A DNA stretch of 64,000 nucleotides. Origin: Eledone cirrhosa. Lineage: Eukaryota. This document shows positions 29,001 to 44,000 of the stretch, piece after piece (the first letter of the stretch is position 1; the number at the start of each line of letters is the position of its first letter). The translations under genes and the position numbers were made by a program. The notes beneath the pieces were generated by a model. That model was not told where the DNA came from. It saw only the letters and a program-made list of their open reading frames with translations, and made no database searches. Location: NCBI GenBank assembly GCA_964016885.1, contig OZ024741.1:410378001-410442000 (forward strand), given 5' to 3'.

Positions 29001-32000
29001 AGACATTGTCTATGTCTTTAACCCTTCCATTACCATATTTTTAATCTAAGACACTGTCTATGTTTTTTAACTCTTCCTTTACCATACTTCTAATGTAAGA
29101 CTCTGTCTATGTTGGTTAACCCTTTCATTACCATATTTCTAATGTAAGACACTGTCTATGTAGTTTAAACCCTATTACTACCATATTTCTAATGTAAGAC
29201 ACTGTCTATGTTGTATAACCCTTTCTCTACCATATTTCTAATATAAGAGACTGTCTATGTTGTTTAACCCTTCCATTACCATATTTCTAATGTAGGACAC
29301 TGTCTATGTTGTTTAACCCTTTCATTACCATATTTCTAATGTAAGACACTGTCTATGTTGTTTAACCCTTCCATTACCATATTTCTTATGTAAGACACTG
29401 TCTATGTTGTTTAACCCTTCCATTACCACATTTCTAATGTAAGACACTGTCTATGTTGTTTAACACTTTCATTACCATATTTCTAATGTAAGACACCGTC
29501 TATATTGTTTAACCCTTTCATGACCATAATTCTAATGAAAGACACTGTCTATGTCTTTAACCCTTCCATTACCATATTTTTAATCTAAGACACTGTCTAT
29601 GTTTTTTAACTCTTCCTTTACCATACTTCTAATGTAAGACACTGTCTATGTTGTTTAACCCTTCCATTACCATGTTTCTAATGAAAGACATTGTCTATCT
29701 TGTTTAACCATTTCATTACCATATTTCTCATGACTCTGTCTATGTTGTTTAACCCTTCCATTACCATATTTCTAATGTAAGACACTGTCTATGTTGTTTA
29801 ACCCTTTCATTACCATATTTCTAATGAAAGACACTGTCTATGTTGTTTAACCCTTTCATTAACATATTTTCTATGTAAACACTGTCTATGTTGTTTAACC
29901 CTTTCATTACCATATTTCTAATGTAAGAGACTGTCTATGTTGTTTAACCCTTTCATTACCATATTTCTCATGACTCTGTCTATGTTGGTTAACCCTTTCA
30001 TTACCATATTTCTAATGTAAGACACTGTCTATGTAGTTTAAACCCTATTACTACCATATTTCTAATGTAAGACTCTGTCTATGTTGTTTAACCCTTCCAT
30101 TACCATATTTCTAATGTAAGACACTGTCTATGTTGTTTAACACTTTCATTACCATATTTCTAATGTAAGACACCGTCTATATTGTTTAACCCTTTCATTA
30201 CTATATTTCTAATGTAAGACACTGTCTATGTTGTTTAACCCTTTCATTACCATATTTCTAATGTAAGATACTGTCTATGTTGTTTAACCCTTCATTACCA
30301 TATTTTCTATGTAAACACTGTCAATGTTGTTTAACCCTTTCATTACCATATTTCTAATGTAAGAGACTGTCTATGTTGTTTAACCCTTTCATGACCATAA
30401 TTCTAATGAAAGACACTGTCTATGTCTTTAACCCTTCCATTACCATATTTTTAATCTAAGACACTGTCTATGTTTTTTAACTCTTCCTTTACCATACTTC
30501 TAATGTAAGACACTGTCTATGTTGTTTAACCCTTCCATTACCATGTTTCTAATGAAAGACATTGTCTATCTTGTTTAACCATTTCATTACCATATTTCTC
30601 ATGACTCTGTCTATGTTGTTTAACCCTTCCATTACCATATTTCTAATGTAAGACACTGTCTATGTTGTTTAACCCTTTCATTACCATATTTCTAATGAAA
30701 GACACTGTCTATGTTGTTTAACCCTTTCATTACCATATTTTCTATGTAAACACTGTCTATGTTGTTTAACCCTTTCATTACCATATTTCTAATGTAAGGG
30801 ACTGTCTATGTTGTTTAACCCTTTCATTACCATAATTCTAATGAAAGACACTGTCTATGTCTTTAACCCTTCCATTACCATATTTTTAATCTAAGACACT
30901 GTCTATGTTTTTTAACTCTTCCTTTACCATACTTCTAATGTAAGACACTGTCTATGTTGTTTAACCCTTCCATTACCATATTTCTAATGAAAGACATTGT
31001 CTATCTTGTTTAACCCTTTCATTACCATATTTCTCATGACTCTGTCTATGTTTTTTAACCCTTTCATCTCCACATTTATAATGTAAGACACTGTCTATGT
31101 TATTTAAATCTTTCACTACCATATTTCTAATGTAAGACAGTGTCTATGTTGTTTAACCCTTTCATTACCATATTTCTAATGAAAGACACTGTCTATGTTG
31201 TTTAACCCTTCCATTACCACTATTCTAATGTAAGAAACTGTCTATGTTGTTTAACCCTTTCATTACCATATTTCTCATGACTCTGTCTATGTTGTTTAAC
31301 CCTTCCATTACCATATTTCTAATGTAAGACACTGTCTATGTTGTTTAACCCTTTCATTACCATATTTCTAATGTAAGACACTGTCTATGTTGTTTAACCC
31401 TTTCATTACCATATTTCTAATGTAAGACTCTGTCTATGTTGTTTAACCCTTTCATTACCATATTTCTAACGTAAGACACTGTCTATGTTGTTTAACCCTT
31501 TCATTACCATATTTCTAATGTAAGACTCTGTCTATGTTGTTTAACCCTTCCATTACCATATTTCTAATGTAAGACACTGTCTATGTTGTTTAACGCTTTC
31601 ATTACCATGTTTCTAATGTAAGACACCGTCTATATTGTTTAACCCTTTCATTACTATATTTCTAATGTAAGACACTGTCTATGTTGTTTAACCCTTTCAT
31701 TACCATATTTCTAATGTAAGATACTGTCTATGTTGTTTAACCCTTCATTACCATATTTTCTATGTAAACACTGTCAATGTTGTTTAACCCTTTCATTACC
31801 ATATTTCTAATGTAAGAGACTGTCTATGTTGTTTAACCCTTTCATGACCATAATTCTAATGAAAGACACTGTCTATGTCTTTAACCCTTCCATTACCATA
31901 TTTTTAATCTAAGACACTGTCTATGTTTTTTAACTCTTCCTTTACCATACTTCTAATGTAAGACACTGTCTATGTTGTTTAACCCTTCCATTACCATGTT

Positions 32001-32020
32001 TCTAATGAAAGACATTGTCT
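26090..32020. repeat. ~3009-bp tandem duplication inside the 49-bp array
   Basis: Variants TGTAGGACA at 26282/29291 and TAATGTAAGGGACT at 27781/30790 are both offset by 3009. Boundaries are approximate. Confidence 0.8.
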
Positions 32021-35000
32021 ATCTTGTTTAACCATTTCATTACCATATTTCTCATGACTCTGTCTATGTTGTTTAACCCTTCCATTACCATATTTCTAAT
32101 GTAAGACACTGTCTATGCTGTTTAACCCTTTCATTACCATATTTCTAATGAAAGACACTGTCTATGTTGTTTAACCCTTTCATTACCATATTTTCTATGT
32201 AAACACTGTCTATGTTGTTTAACCCTTTCATTACCATATTTCTAATGTAAGAGACTGTCTATGTTGTTTAACCCTTTCATTACCATAATTCTAATGAAAG
32301 ACACTGTCTATGTCTTTAACCCTTCCATTACCATATTTTTAATCTAAGACACTGTCTATGTTTTTTAACTCTTCCTTTACCATACTTCTAATGTAAGACA
32401 CTGTCTATGTTGTTTAACCCTTCCATTACCATATTTCTAATGAAAGACATTGTCTATCTTGTTTAACCCTTTCATTACCATATTTCTCATGACTCTGTCT
32501 ATGTTTTTTAACCCTTTCATCTCCACATTTATAATGTAAGACACTGTCTATGTTATTTAAACCTTTCACTACCATATTTCTAATGTAAGACAGTGTCTAT
32601 GTTGTTTAACCCTTTCATTACCATATTTCTAATGAAAGACACTGTCTATGTTGTTTAACCCTTCCATTACCACTATTCTAATGTAAGAAACTGTCTATGT
32701 TGTTTAACCCTTTCATTACCATATTTCTCATGACTCTGTCTATGTTGTTTAACCCTTCCATTACCATATTTCTAATGTAAGACACTGTCTATGTTGTTTA
32801 ACCCTTTCATTACCATATTTCTAATGTAAGACACTGTCTATGTTGTTTAACCCTTCCATTACCATATTTCTTATGTAAGACACTGTCTATGTTGTTTAAC
32901 CCTTCCATTACCATATTTCTAATGTAAGACACCGTCTATATTTTTTAACCCTTTCATTACCATATTTCTAATGTAAGACACTGTCTATGTTGTTTAACCC
33001 TTTCATTATCATATTTCTAATGTAAGATACTGTCTATGTTGTTTAAACCTTCATTACCATATTTTCTATGTAAACACTGTCTATGTTGTTTAACCCTTTC
33101 ATTACCATATTTCTAATGTAAGAGACTGTCTATGTTGTTTAACCCTTTCATTACCATAATTCTAATGAAAGACACTGTCTATGTCTTTAACCCTTCCATT
33201 ACCATATTTTTAATCTAAGACACTGTCTATGTTTTTTAACTCTTCCTTTACCATACTTCTAATGTAAGACACTGTCTATGTTGATTAACCCTTCCATTAC
33301 CATGTTTCTAATGAAAGACATTGTCTATCTTGTTTAACCATTTCATTACCATATTTCTCATGACTCTGTCTATGTTGTTTAACCCTTCCATTACCATATT
33401 TCTAATGTAAGACACTGTCTATGTTGTTTAACCCTTTCATTACCATATTTCTAATGAAAGACACTGTCTATGTTGTTTAACCCTTTCATTACCATATTTT
33501 CTATGTAAACACTGTCTATGTTGTTTAACCCTTTCATTACCATATTTCTAATGTAAGAGACTGTCTATGTTGTTTAACCCTTTCATTACCATAATTCTAA
33601 TGAAAGACACTGTCTATGTCTTTAACCCTTCCATTACCATATTTTTAATCTAAGACACTGTCTATGTTTTTTAACTCTTCCTTTACCATACTTCTAATGT
33701 AAGACACTGTCTATGTTGTTTAACCCTTCCATTACCATATTTCTAATGAAAGACATTGTCTATCTTGTTTAACCCTTTCACTACCATATTTCTAATGTAA
33801 GACACTGTCTATGTTGTTTAACCCTTTCATTACCATATTTCTAATGTAAGACTCTGTCTATGTTGTTTAACCCTTTCATTACCATATTTCTAACGTAAGA
33901 CACTGTCTATGTTGTTTAACCCTTTCATTACCATATTTCTAATGTAAGACTCTGTCTATGTTGTTTAACCCTTCCATTACCATATTTCTAATGCAAGACA
34001 CTGTCTATGTTGTTTATCCCTTTCATTACCATATTTCTAATGTAAGACACCGTCTATATTGTTTAACCCTTTCATTACCATATTTCTAATGTAAGACACT
34101 GTCTATGTTGTTTAACCCTTTCATTACCATATTTCTAATGTAATATACTGTCTATGTTGTTTAACACCTTCATTACCATATTTTCTATGTAAGACACTGT
34201 CTATGTTGTTTAATCCTTTCACTACCATATTTCTAATGTAAGAGACTGTCTATGTTGTTTAACCCTTTCATTACCATATTTCTAATGTAAGACACTGTCT
34301 ATGTTGTTTAACCCTTTCATTACCATATTTCTAATGTAAGACACTGTCTATGTTGTTTAACCCTTTCACTACCATATTTCTAATGTAAGACACTGTCTAT
34401 GTTGTTTAACCCTTTCATTACCATATTTCTAATGTAAGACTCTGTCTATGTTGTTTAACCCTTTCATTACCATATTTCTAATGTAAGAGACTGTCTATGT
34501 TGTTTAACCCTTTCATTACCATAATTCTAATGAAAGACACTGTCTATGTCTTTAACCCTTCCATTACCATATTTTTAATCTAAGACACTGTCTATGTTTT
34601 TTAACTCTTCCTTTACCATACTTCTAATGTAAGACACTGTCTATGTTGTTTAACCCTTCCATTACCATATTTCTAATGAAAGACATTGTCTATCTTGTTT
34701 AACCCTTTCATTACCATATTTCTCATGACTCTGTCTATGTTTTTTAACCCTTTCATCACCACATTTATAATGTAAGACACTGTCTATGTTATTTAAACCT
34801 TTCACTACCATATTTCTAATGTAAGACAGTGTCTATGTTGTTTAACCCTTTCATTACCATATTTCTAATGAAAGACACTGTCTATGTTGTTTAACCCTTC
34901 CATTACCACTATTCTAATGTAAGAAACTGTCTATGTTGTTTAACCCTTTCATTACCATATTTCTCATGACTCTGTCTATGTTGTTAAACCCTTCCATTAC

Positions 35001-38000
35001 CATATTTCTAATGTAAGACACTGTCTATGTTGTTTAACCCTTTCATTACCATATTTCTAATGTAAGACACTGTCTATGTTGTTTAACCCTTCCATTACCA
35101 TATTTCTTATGTAAGACACTGTCTATGTTGTTTAACCCTTCCATTACCATATTTCTAATGTAAGACACCGTCTATATTTTTTAACCCTTTCATTACCATA
35201 TTTCTAATGTAAGACACTGTCTATGTTGTTCAACCCTTTCATTATCATATTTCTAATGTAAGATACTGTCTATGTTGTTTAAACCTTCATTACCATATTT
35301 TCTATGTAAACACTGTCTATGTTGTTTAACCCTTTCATTACCATATTTCTAATGTAAGAGACTGTCTATGTTGTTTAACCCTTTCATTACCATAATTCTA
35401 ATGAAAGACACTGTCTATGTTTTTAACCCTTCCATTACCATATTTTTAATCTAAGACACTGTCTATGTTTTTTAACTCTTCCTTTACCATACTTCTAATG
35501 TAAGACACTGTCTATGTTGATTAACCCTTCCATTACCATGTTTCTAATGAAAGACATTGTCTATCTTGTTTAACCATTTCATTACCATATTTCTCATGAC
35601 TCTGTCTATGTTGTTTAACCCTTCCATTACCATATTTCTAATGTAAGACACTGTCTATGTTGTTTAACCCTTTCATTACCATAATTCTAATGAAAGACAC
35701 TGTCTATGTCTTTAACCCTTCCATTACCATATTTTTAATCTAAGACACTGTCTATGTTTTTTAACTCTTCCTTTACCATACTTCTAATGTAAGACACTGT
35801 CTATGTTGTTTAACCCTTCCATTACCATATTTCTAATGAAAGACATTGTCTATCTTGTTTAACCCTTTCACTACCATATTTCTAATGTAAGACACTCTCT
35901 ATGTTGTTTAACAGTTTCATTACCATATTTCTTATGTAAGACTCTGTCTATGTTGTTTAACCCTTCCATTACCATAATTCTAATGTAAGACACTGTCTAT
36001 GTTGTTTAACCCTTTCATTGCCATATTTCTAATGTAAGACACTGTCTATGTTGTTTAACCCTTCCATTACCATATTTCTGATGTAAGACAGTGTCTATGT
36101 TGTTTAACCCTTCCATTACCATATTTCTAATGTAAGACACTGTCTATATTGTTTAACCCTTTCATTACCATATTTCTAATGAAAGACACTGTCTAAGTTG
36201 TTTAACCCTTTCATTACCATATTTCTAATGAAAGACACTGTCTATGTTGTTTAACCCTTTCATTACCATATTTTCTATGTAAACACTGTCTATGTTGTTT
36301 AACCCTTTCATTACCATATTTCTAATGTAAGAGACTGTCTATGTTGTTTAACCCTTTCATTACCATATTTCTAATGTAAGAGACTCTCTATCTTGTTTAA
36401 CCCTTTCATTACCAAATTTCTAATGAAAGACACTGTCTATGTCTTTAACCCTTCCATTACCATATTTTTAATCTACGACACTGTCTATGTTTTTTAACCC
36501 TTCCATTACCATACTTCTAATGTAAGACACTGTCTATGTTGTTTGACCCTTCCATTACCATATTTCTAATGAAAGACATTGTCTATCTTGTTTACCCTTT
36601 TCATTACCATATTTCTCATGACTCTGTCTATGTTGTTTAACCATTCCATTACCACATTTCTAATGTAAGAAACTGTCTATGTTGTTTAACCCTTTCATTA
36701 CCATATTTCTAATGAAAGACACTGTCTATGTTGTTTAACCCTTCCATTACCATATTTCTAATGAAAGACATTGTCTATCTTGTTTAACCCTTTCATTACC
36801 ATATTTCTCATGACTCTGTCTATGTTGGTTAACCCTTTCATTACCATATTTCTAATGTAAGACACTGTCTATGTAGTTTAAACCCTATTACTACCATATT
36901 TCTAATGTAAGACACTGTCTATGTTGTATAACCCTTTCTCTACCATATTTCTAATATAAGAGACTGTCTATGTTGTTTAACCCTTCCATTACCATATTTC
37001 TAATGTAAGACACTGTCTATGTTGTTTAACCCTTTCATTACCATATTTCTAATGTAAGACACTGTCTATGTTGTTTAACCCTTCCATTACCATATTTCTT
37101 ATGTAAGACACTGTCTATGTTGTTTAACCCTTCCATTACCACATTTCTAATGTAAGACACTGTCTATGTTGTTTAACACTTTCATTACCATATTTCTAAT
37201 GTAAGACACCGTCTATATTGTTTAACCCTTTCATGACCATAATTCTAATGAAAGACACTGTCTATGTCTTTAACCCTTCCATTACCATATTTTTAATCTA
37301 AGACACTGTCTATGTTTTTTAACTCTTCCTTTACCATACTTCTAATGTAAGACACTGTCTATGTTGTTTAACCCTTCCATTACCATGTTTCTAATGAAAG
37401 ACATTGTCTATCTTGTTTAACCATTTCATTACCATATTTCTCATGACTCTGTCTATGTTGTTTAACCCTTCCATTACCATATTTCTAATGTAAGACACTG
37501 TCTATGTTGTTTAACCCTTTCATTACCATATTTCTAATGAAAGACACTGTCTATGTTGTTTAACCCTTTCATTAACATATTTTCTATGTAAACACTGTCT
37601 ATGTTGTTTAACCCTTTCATTACCATATTTCTAATGTAAGAGACTGTCTATGTTGTTTAACCCTTTCATTACCATATTTCTCATGACTCTGTCTATGTTG
37701 GTTAACCCTTTCATTACCATATTTCTAATGTAAGACACTGTCTATGTAGTTTAAACCCTATTACTACCATATTTCTAATGTAAGACTCTGTCTATGTTGT
37801 TTAACCCTTCCATTACCATATTTCTAATGTAAGACACTGTCTATGTTGTTTAACACTTTCATTACCATATTTCTAATGTAAGACACCGTCTATATTGTTT
37901 AACCCTTTCATTACTATATTTCTAATGTAAGACACTGTCTATGTTGTTTAACCCTTTCATTACCATATTTCTAATGTAAGATACTGTCTATGTTGTTTAA

Positions 38001-41000
38001 CCCTTCATTACCATATTTTCTATGTAAACACTGTCAATGTTGTTTAACCCTTTCATTACCATATTTCTAATGTAAGAGACTGTCTATGTTGTTTAACCCT
38101 TTCATGACCATAATTCTAATGAAAGACACTGTCTATGTCTTTAACCCTTCCATTACCATATTTTTAATCTAAGACACTGTCTATGTTTTTTAACTCTTCC
38201 TTTACCATACTTCTAATGTAAGACACTGTCTATGTTGTTTAACCCTTCCATTACCATGTTTCTAATGAAAGACATTGTCTATCTTGTTTAACCATTTCAT
38301 TACCATATTTCTCATGACTCTGTCTATGTTGTTTAACCCTTCCATTACCATATTTCTAATGTAAGACACTGTCTATGTTGTTTAACCCTTTCATTACCAT
38401 ATTTCTAATGAAAGACACTGTCTATGTTGTTTAACCCTTTCATTACCATATTTTCTATGTAAACACTGTCTATGTTGTTTAACCCTTTCATTACCATATT
38501 TCTAATGTAAGGGACTGTCTATGTTGTTTAACCCTTTCATTACCATAATTCTAATGAAAGACACTGTCTATGTCTTTAACCCTTCCATTACCATATTTTT
38601 AATCTAAGACACTGTCTATGTTTTTTAACTCTTCCTTTACCATACTTCTAATGTAAGACACTGTCTATGTTGTTTAACCCTTCCATTACCATATTTCTAA
38701 TGAAAGACATTGTCTATCTTGTTTAACCCTTTCATTACCATATTTCTCATGACTCTGTCTATGTTTTTTAACCCTTTCATCTCCACATTTATAATGTAAG
38801 ACACTGTCTATGTTATTTAAACCTTTCACTACCATATTTCTAATGTAAGACAGTGTCTATGTTGTTTAACCCTTTCATTACCATATTTCTAATGAAAGAC
38901 ACTGTCTATGTTGTTTAACCCTTCCATTACCACTATTCTAATGTAAGAAACTGTCTATGTTGTTTAACCCTTTCATTACCATATTTCTCATGACTCTGTC
39001 TATGTTGTTTAACCCTTCCATTACCATATTTCTAATGTAAGACACTGTCTATGTTGTTTAACCCTTTCATTACCATATTTCTAATGTAAGACACTGTCTA
39101 TGTTGTTTAACCCTTTCATTACCATATTTCTAATGTAAGACTCTGTCTATGTTGTTTAACCCTTTCATTACCATATTTCTAACGTAAGACACTGTCTATG
39201 TTGTTTAACCCTTTCATTACCATATTTCTAATGTAAGACTCTGTCTATGTTGTTTAACCCTTCCATTACCATATTTCTAATGTAAGACACTGTCTATGTT
39301 GTTTAACGCTTTCATTACCATATTTCTAATGTAAGACACCGTCTATATTGTTTAACCCTTTCATTACTATATTTCTAATGTAAGACACTGTCTATGTTGT
39401 TTAACCCTTTCATTACCATATTTCTAATGTAAGATACTGTCTATGTTGTTTAACCCTTCATTACCATATTTTCTATGTAAACACTGTCAATGTTGTTTAA
39501 CCCTTTCATTACCATATTTCTAATGTAAGAGACTGTCTATGTTGTTTAACCCTTTCATGACCATAATTCTAATGAAAGACACTGTCTATGTCTTTAACCC
39601 TTCCATTACCATATTTTTAATCTAAGACACTGTCTATGTTTTTTAACTCTTCCTTTACCATACTTCTAATGTAAGACACTGTCTATGTTGTTTAACCCTT
39701 CCATTACCATGTTTCTAATGAAAGACATTGTCTATCTTGTTTAACCATTTCATTACCATATTTCTCATGACTCTGTCTATGTTGTTTAACCCTTCCATTA
39801 CCATATTTCTAATGTAAGACACTGTCTATGTTGTTTAACCCTTTCATTACCATATTTCTAATGAAAGACACTGTCTATGTTGTTTAACCCTTTCATTACC
39901 ATATTTTCTATGTAAACACTGTCTATGTTGTTTAACCCTTTCATTACCATATTTCTAATGTAAGAGACTGTCTATGTTGTTTAACCCTTTCATTACCATA
40001 ATTCTAATGAAAGACACTGTCTATGTCTTTAACCCTTCCATTACCATATTTTTAATCTAAGACACTGTCTATGTTTTTTAACTCTTCCTTTACCATACTT
40101 CTAATGTAAGACACTGTCTATGTTGTTTAACCCTTCCATTACCATATTTCTAATGAAAGACATTGTCTATCTTGTTTAACCCTTTCATTACCATATTTCT
40201 CATGACTCTGTCTATGTTTTTTAACCCTTTCATCTCCACATTTATAATGTAAGACACTGTCTATGTTATTTAAACCTTTCACTACCATATTTCTAATGTA
40301 AGACAGTGTCTATGTTGTTTAACCCTTTCATTACCATATTTCTAATGAAAGACACTGTCTATGTTGTTTAACCCTTCCATTACCACTATTCTAATGTAAG
40401 AAACTGTCTATGTTGTTTAACCCTTTCATTACCATATTTCTCATGACTCTGTCTATGTTGTTTAACCCTTCCATTACCATATTTCTAATGTAAGACACTG
40501 TCTATGTTGTTTAACCCTTTCATTACCATATTTCTAATGTAAGACACTGTCTATGTTGTTTAACCCTTCCATTACCATATTTCTTATGTAAGACACTGTC
40601 TATGTTGTTTAACCCTTCCATTACCATATTTCTAATGTAAGACACCGTCTATATTTTTTAACCCTTTCATTACCATATTTCTAATGTAAGACACTGTCTA
40701 TGTTGTTTAACCCTTTCATTATCATATTTCTAATGTAAGATACTGTCTATGTTGTTTAAACCTTCATTACCATATTTTCTATGTAAACACTGTCTATGTT
40801 GTTTAACCCTTTCATTACCATATTTCTAATGTAAGAGACTGTCTATGTTGTTTAACCCTTTCATTACCATAATTCTAATGAAAGACACTGTCTATGTCTT
40901 TAACCCTTCCATTACCATATTTTTAATCTAAGACACTGTCTATGTTTTTTAACTCTTCCTTTACCATACTTCTAATGTAAGACACTGTCTATGTTGATTA

Positions 41001-44000
41001 ACCCTTCCATTACCATGTTTCTAATGAAAGACATTGTCTATCTTGTTTAACCATTTCATTACCATATTTCTCATGACTCTGTCTATGTTGTTTAACCCTT
41101 CCATTACCATATTTCTAATGTAAGACACTGTCTATGTTGTTTAACCCTTTCATTACCATATTTCTAATGAAAGACACTGTCTATGTTTTTTAACTCTTCC
41201 TTTACCATACTTCTAATGTAAGACACTGTCTATGTTGTTTAACCCTTCCATTACCATATTTCTAATGAAAGACATTGTCTATCTTGTTTAACCCTTTCAT
41301 TACCATATTTCTCATGACTCTGTCTATGTTTTTTAACCCTTTCATCTCCACATTTATAATGTAAGACACTGTCTATGTTATTTAAACCTTTCACTACCAT
41401 ATTTCTAATGTAAGACAGTGTCTATGTTGTTTAACCCTTTCATTACCATATTTCTAATGAAAGACACTGTCTATGTTGTTTAACCCTTCCATTACCACTA
41501 TTCTAATGTAAGAAACTGTCTATGTTGTTTAACCCTTTCATTACCATATTTCTCATGACTCTGTCTATGTTGTTTAACCCTTCCATTACCATATTTCTAA
41601 TGTAAGACACTGTCTATGTTGTTTAACCCTTTCATTACCATATTTCTAATGTAAGACACTGTCTATGTTGTTTAACCCTTTCATTACCATATTTCTAATG
41701 TAAGACTCTGTCTATGTTGTTTAACCCTTTCATTACCATATTTCTAACGTAAGACACTGTCTATGTTGTTGAACCCTTTCATTACCATATTTCTAATGTA
41801 AGACTCTGTCTATGTTGTTTAACCCTTCCATTACCATATTTCTAATGTAAGACACTGTCTATGTTGTTTAACGCTTTCATTACCATATTTCTAATGTAAG
41901 ACACCGTCTATATTGTTTAACCCTTTCATTACTATATTTCTAATGTAAGACACTGTCTATGTTGTTTAACCCTTTCATTACCATATTTCTAATGTAAGAT
42001 ACTGTCTATGTTGTTTAACCCTTCATTACCATATTTTCTATGTAAACACTGTCAATGTTGTTTAACCCTTTCATTACCATATTTCTAATGTAAGAGACTG
42101 TCTATGTTGTTTAACCCTTTCATGACCATAATTCTAATGAAAGACACTGTCTATGTCTTTAACCCTTCCATTACCATATTTTTAATCTAAGACACTGTCT
42201 ATGTTTTTTAACTCTTCCTTTACCATACTTCTAATGTAAGACACTGTCTATGTTGTTTAACCCTTCCATTACCATGTTTCTAATGAAAGACATTGTCTAT
42301 CTTGTTTAACCATTTCATTACCATATTTCTCATGACTCTGTCTATGTTGTTTAACCCTTCCATTACCATATTTCTAATGTAAGACACTGTCTATGTTGTT
42401 TAACCCTTTCATTACCATATTTCTAATGAAAGACACTGTCTATGTTGTTTAACCCTTTCATTACCATATTTTCTATGTAAACACTGTCTATGTTGTTTAA
42501 CCCTTTCATTACCATATTTCTAATGTAAGAGACTGTCTATGTTGTTTAACCCTTTCATTACCATAATTCTAATGAAAGACACTGTCTATGTCTTTAACCC
42601 TTCCATTACCATATTTTTAATCTAAGACACTGTCTATGTTTTTTAACTCTTCCTTTACCATACTTCTAATGTAAGACACTGTCTATGTTGTTTAACCCTT
42701 CCATTACCATATTTCTAATGAAAGACATTGTCTATCTTGTTTAACCCTTTCATTACCATATTTCTCATGACTCTGTCTATGTTTTTTAACCCTTTCATCT
42801 CCACATTTATAATGTAAGACACTGTCTATGTTATTTAAACCTTTCACTACCATATTTCTAATGTAAGACAGTGTCTATGTTGTTTAACCCTTTCATTACC
42901 ATATTTCTAATGAAAGACACTGTCTATGTTGTTTAACCCTTCCATTACCACTATTCTAATGTAAGAAACTGTCTATGTTGTTTAACCCTTTCATTACCAT
43001 ATTTCTCATGACTCTGTCTATGTTGTTTAACCCTTCCATTACCATATTTCTAATGTAAGACACTGTCTATGTTGTTTAACCCTTTCATTACCATATTTCT
43101 AATGTAAGACACTGTCTATGTTGTTTAACCCTTCCATTACCATATTTCTTATGTAAGACACTGTCTATGTTGTTTAACCCTTCCATTACCATATTTCTAA
43201 TGTAAGACACCGTCTATATTTTTTAACCCTTTCATTACCATATTTCTAATGTAAGACACTGTCTATGTTGTTTAACCCTTTCATTATCATATTTCTAATG
43301 TAAGATACTGTCTATGTTGTTTAAACCTTCATTACCATATTTTCTATGTAAACACTGTCTATGTTGTTTAACCCTTTCATTACCATATTTCTAATGTAAG
43401 AGACTGTCTATGTTGTTTAACCCTTTCATTACCATAATTCTAATGAAAGACACTGTCTATGTCTTTAACCCTTCCATTACCATATTTTTAATCTAAGACA
43501 CTGTCTATGTTTTTTAACTCTTCCTTTACCATACTTCTAATGTAAGACACTGTCTATGTTGATTAACCCTTCCATTACCATGTTTCTAATGAAAGACATT
43601 GTCTATCTTGTTTAACCATTTCATTACCATATTTCTCATGACTCTGTCTATGTTGTTTAACCCTTCCATTACCATATTTCTAATGTAAGACACTGTCTAT
43701 GTTGTTTAACCCTTTCATTACCATATTTCTAATGAAAGACACTGTCTATGTTGTTTAACCCTTTCATTACCATATTTTCTATGTAAACACTGTCTATGTT
43801 GTTTAACCCTTTCATTACCATATTTCTAATGTAAGAGACTGTCTATGTTGTTTAACCCTTTCATTACCATAATTCTAATGAAAGACACTGTCTATGTCTT
43901 TAACCCTTCCATTACCATATTTTTAATCTAAGACACTGTCTATGTTTTTTAACTCTTCCTTTACCATACTTCTAATGTAAGACACTGTCTATGTTGTTTA

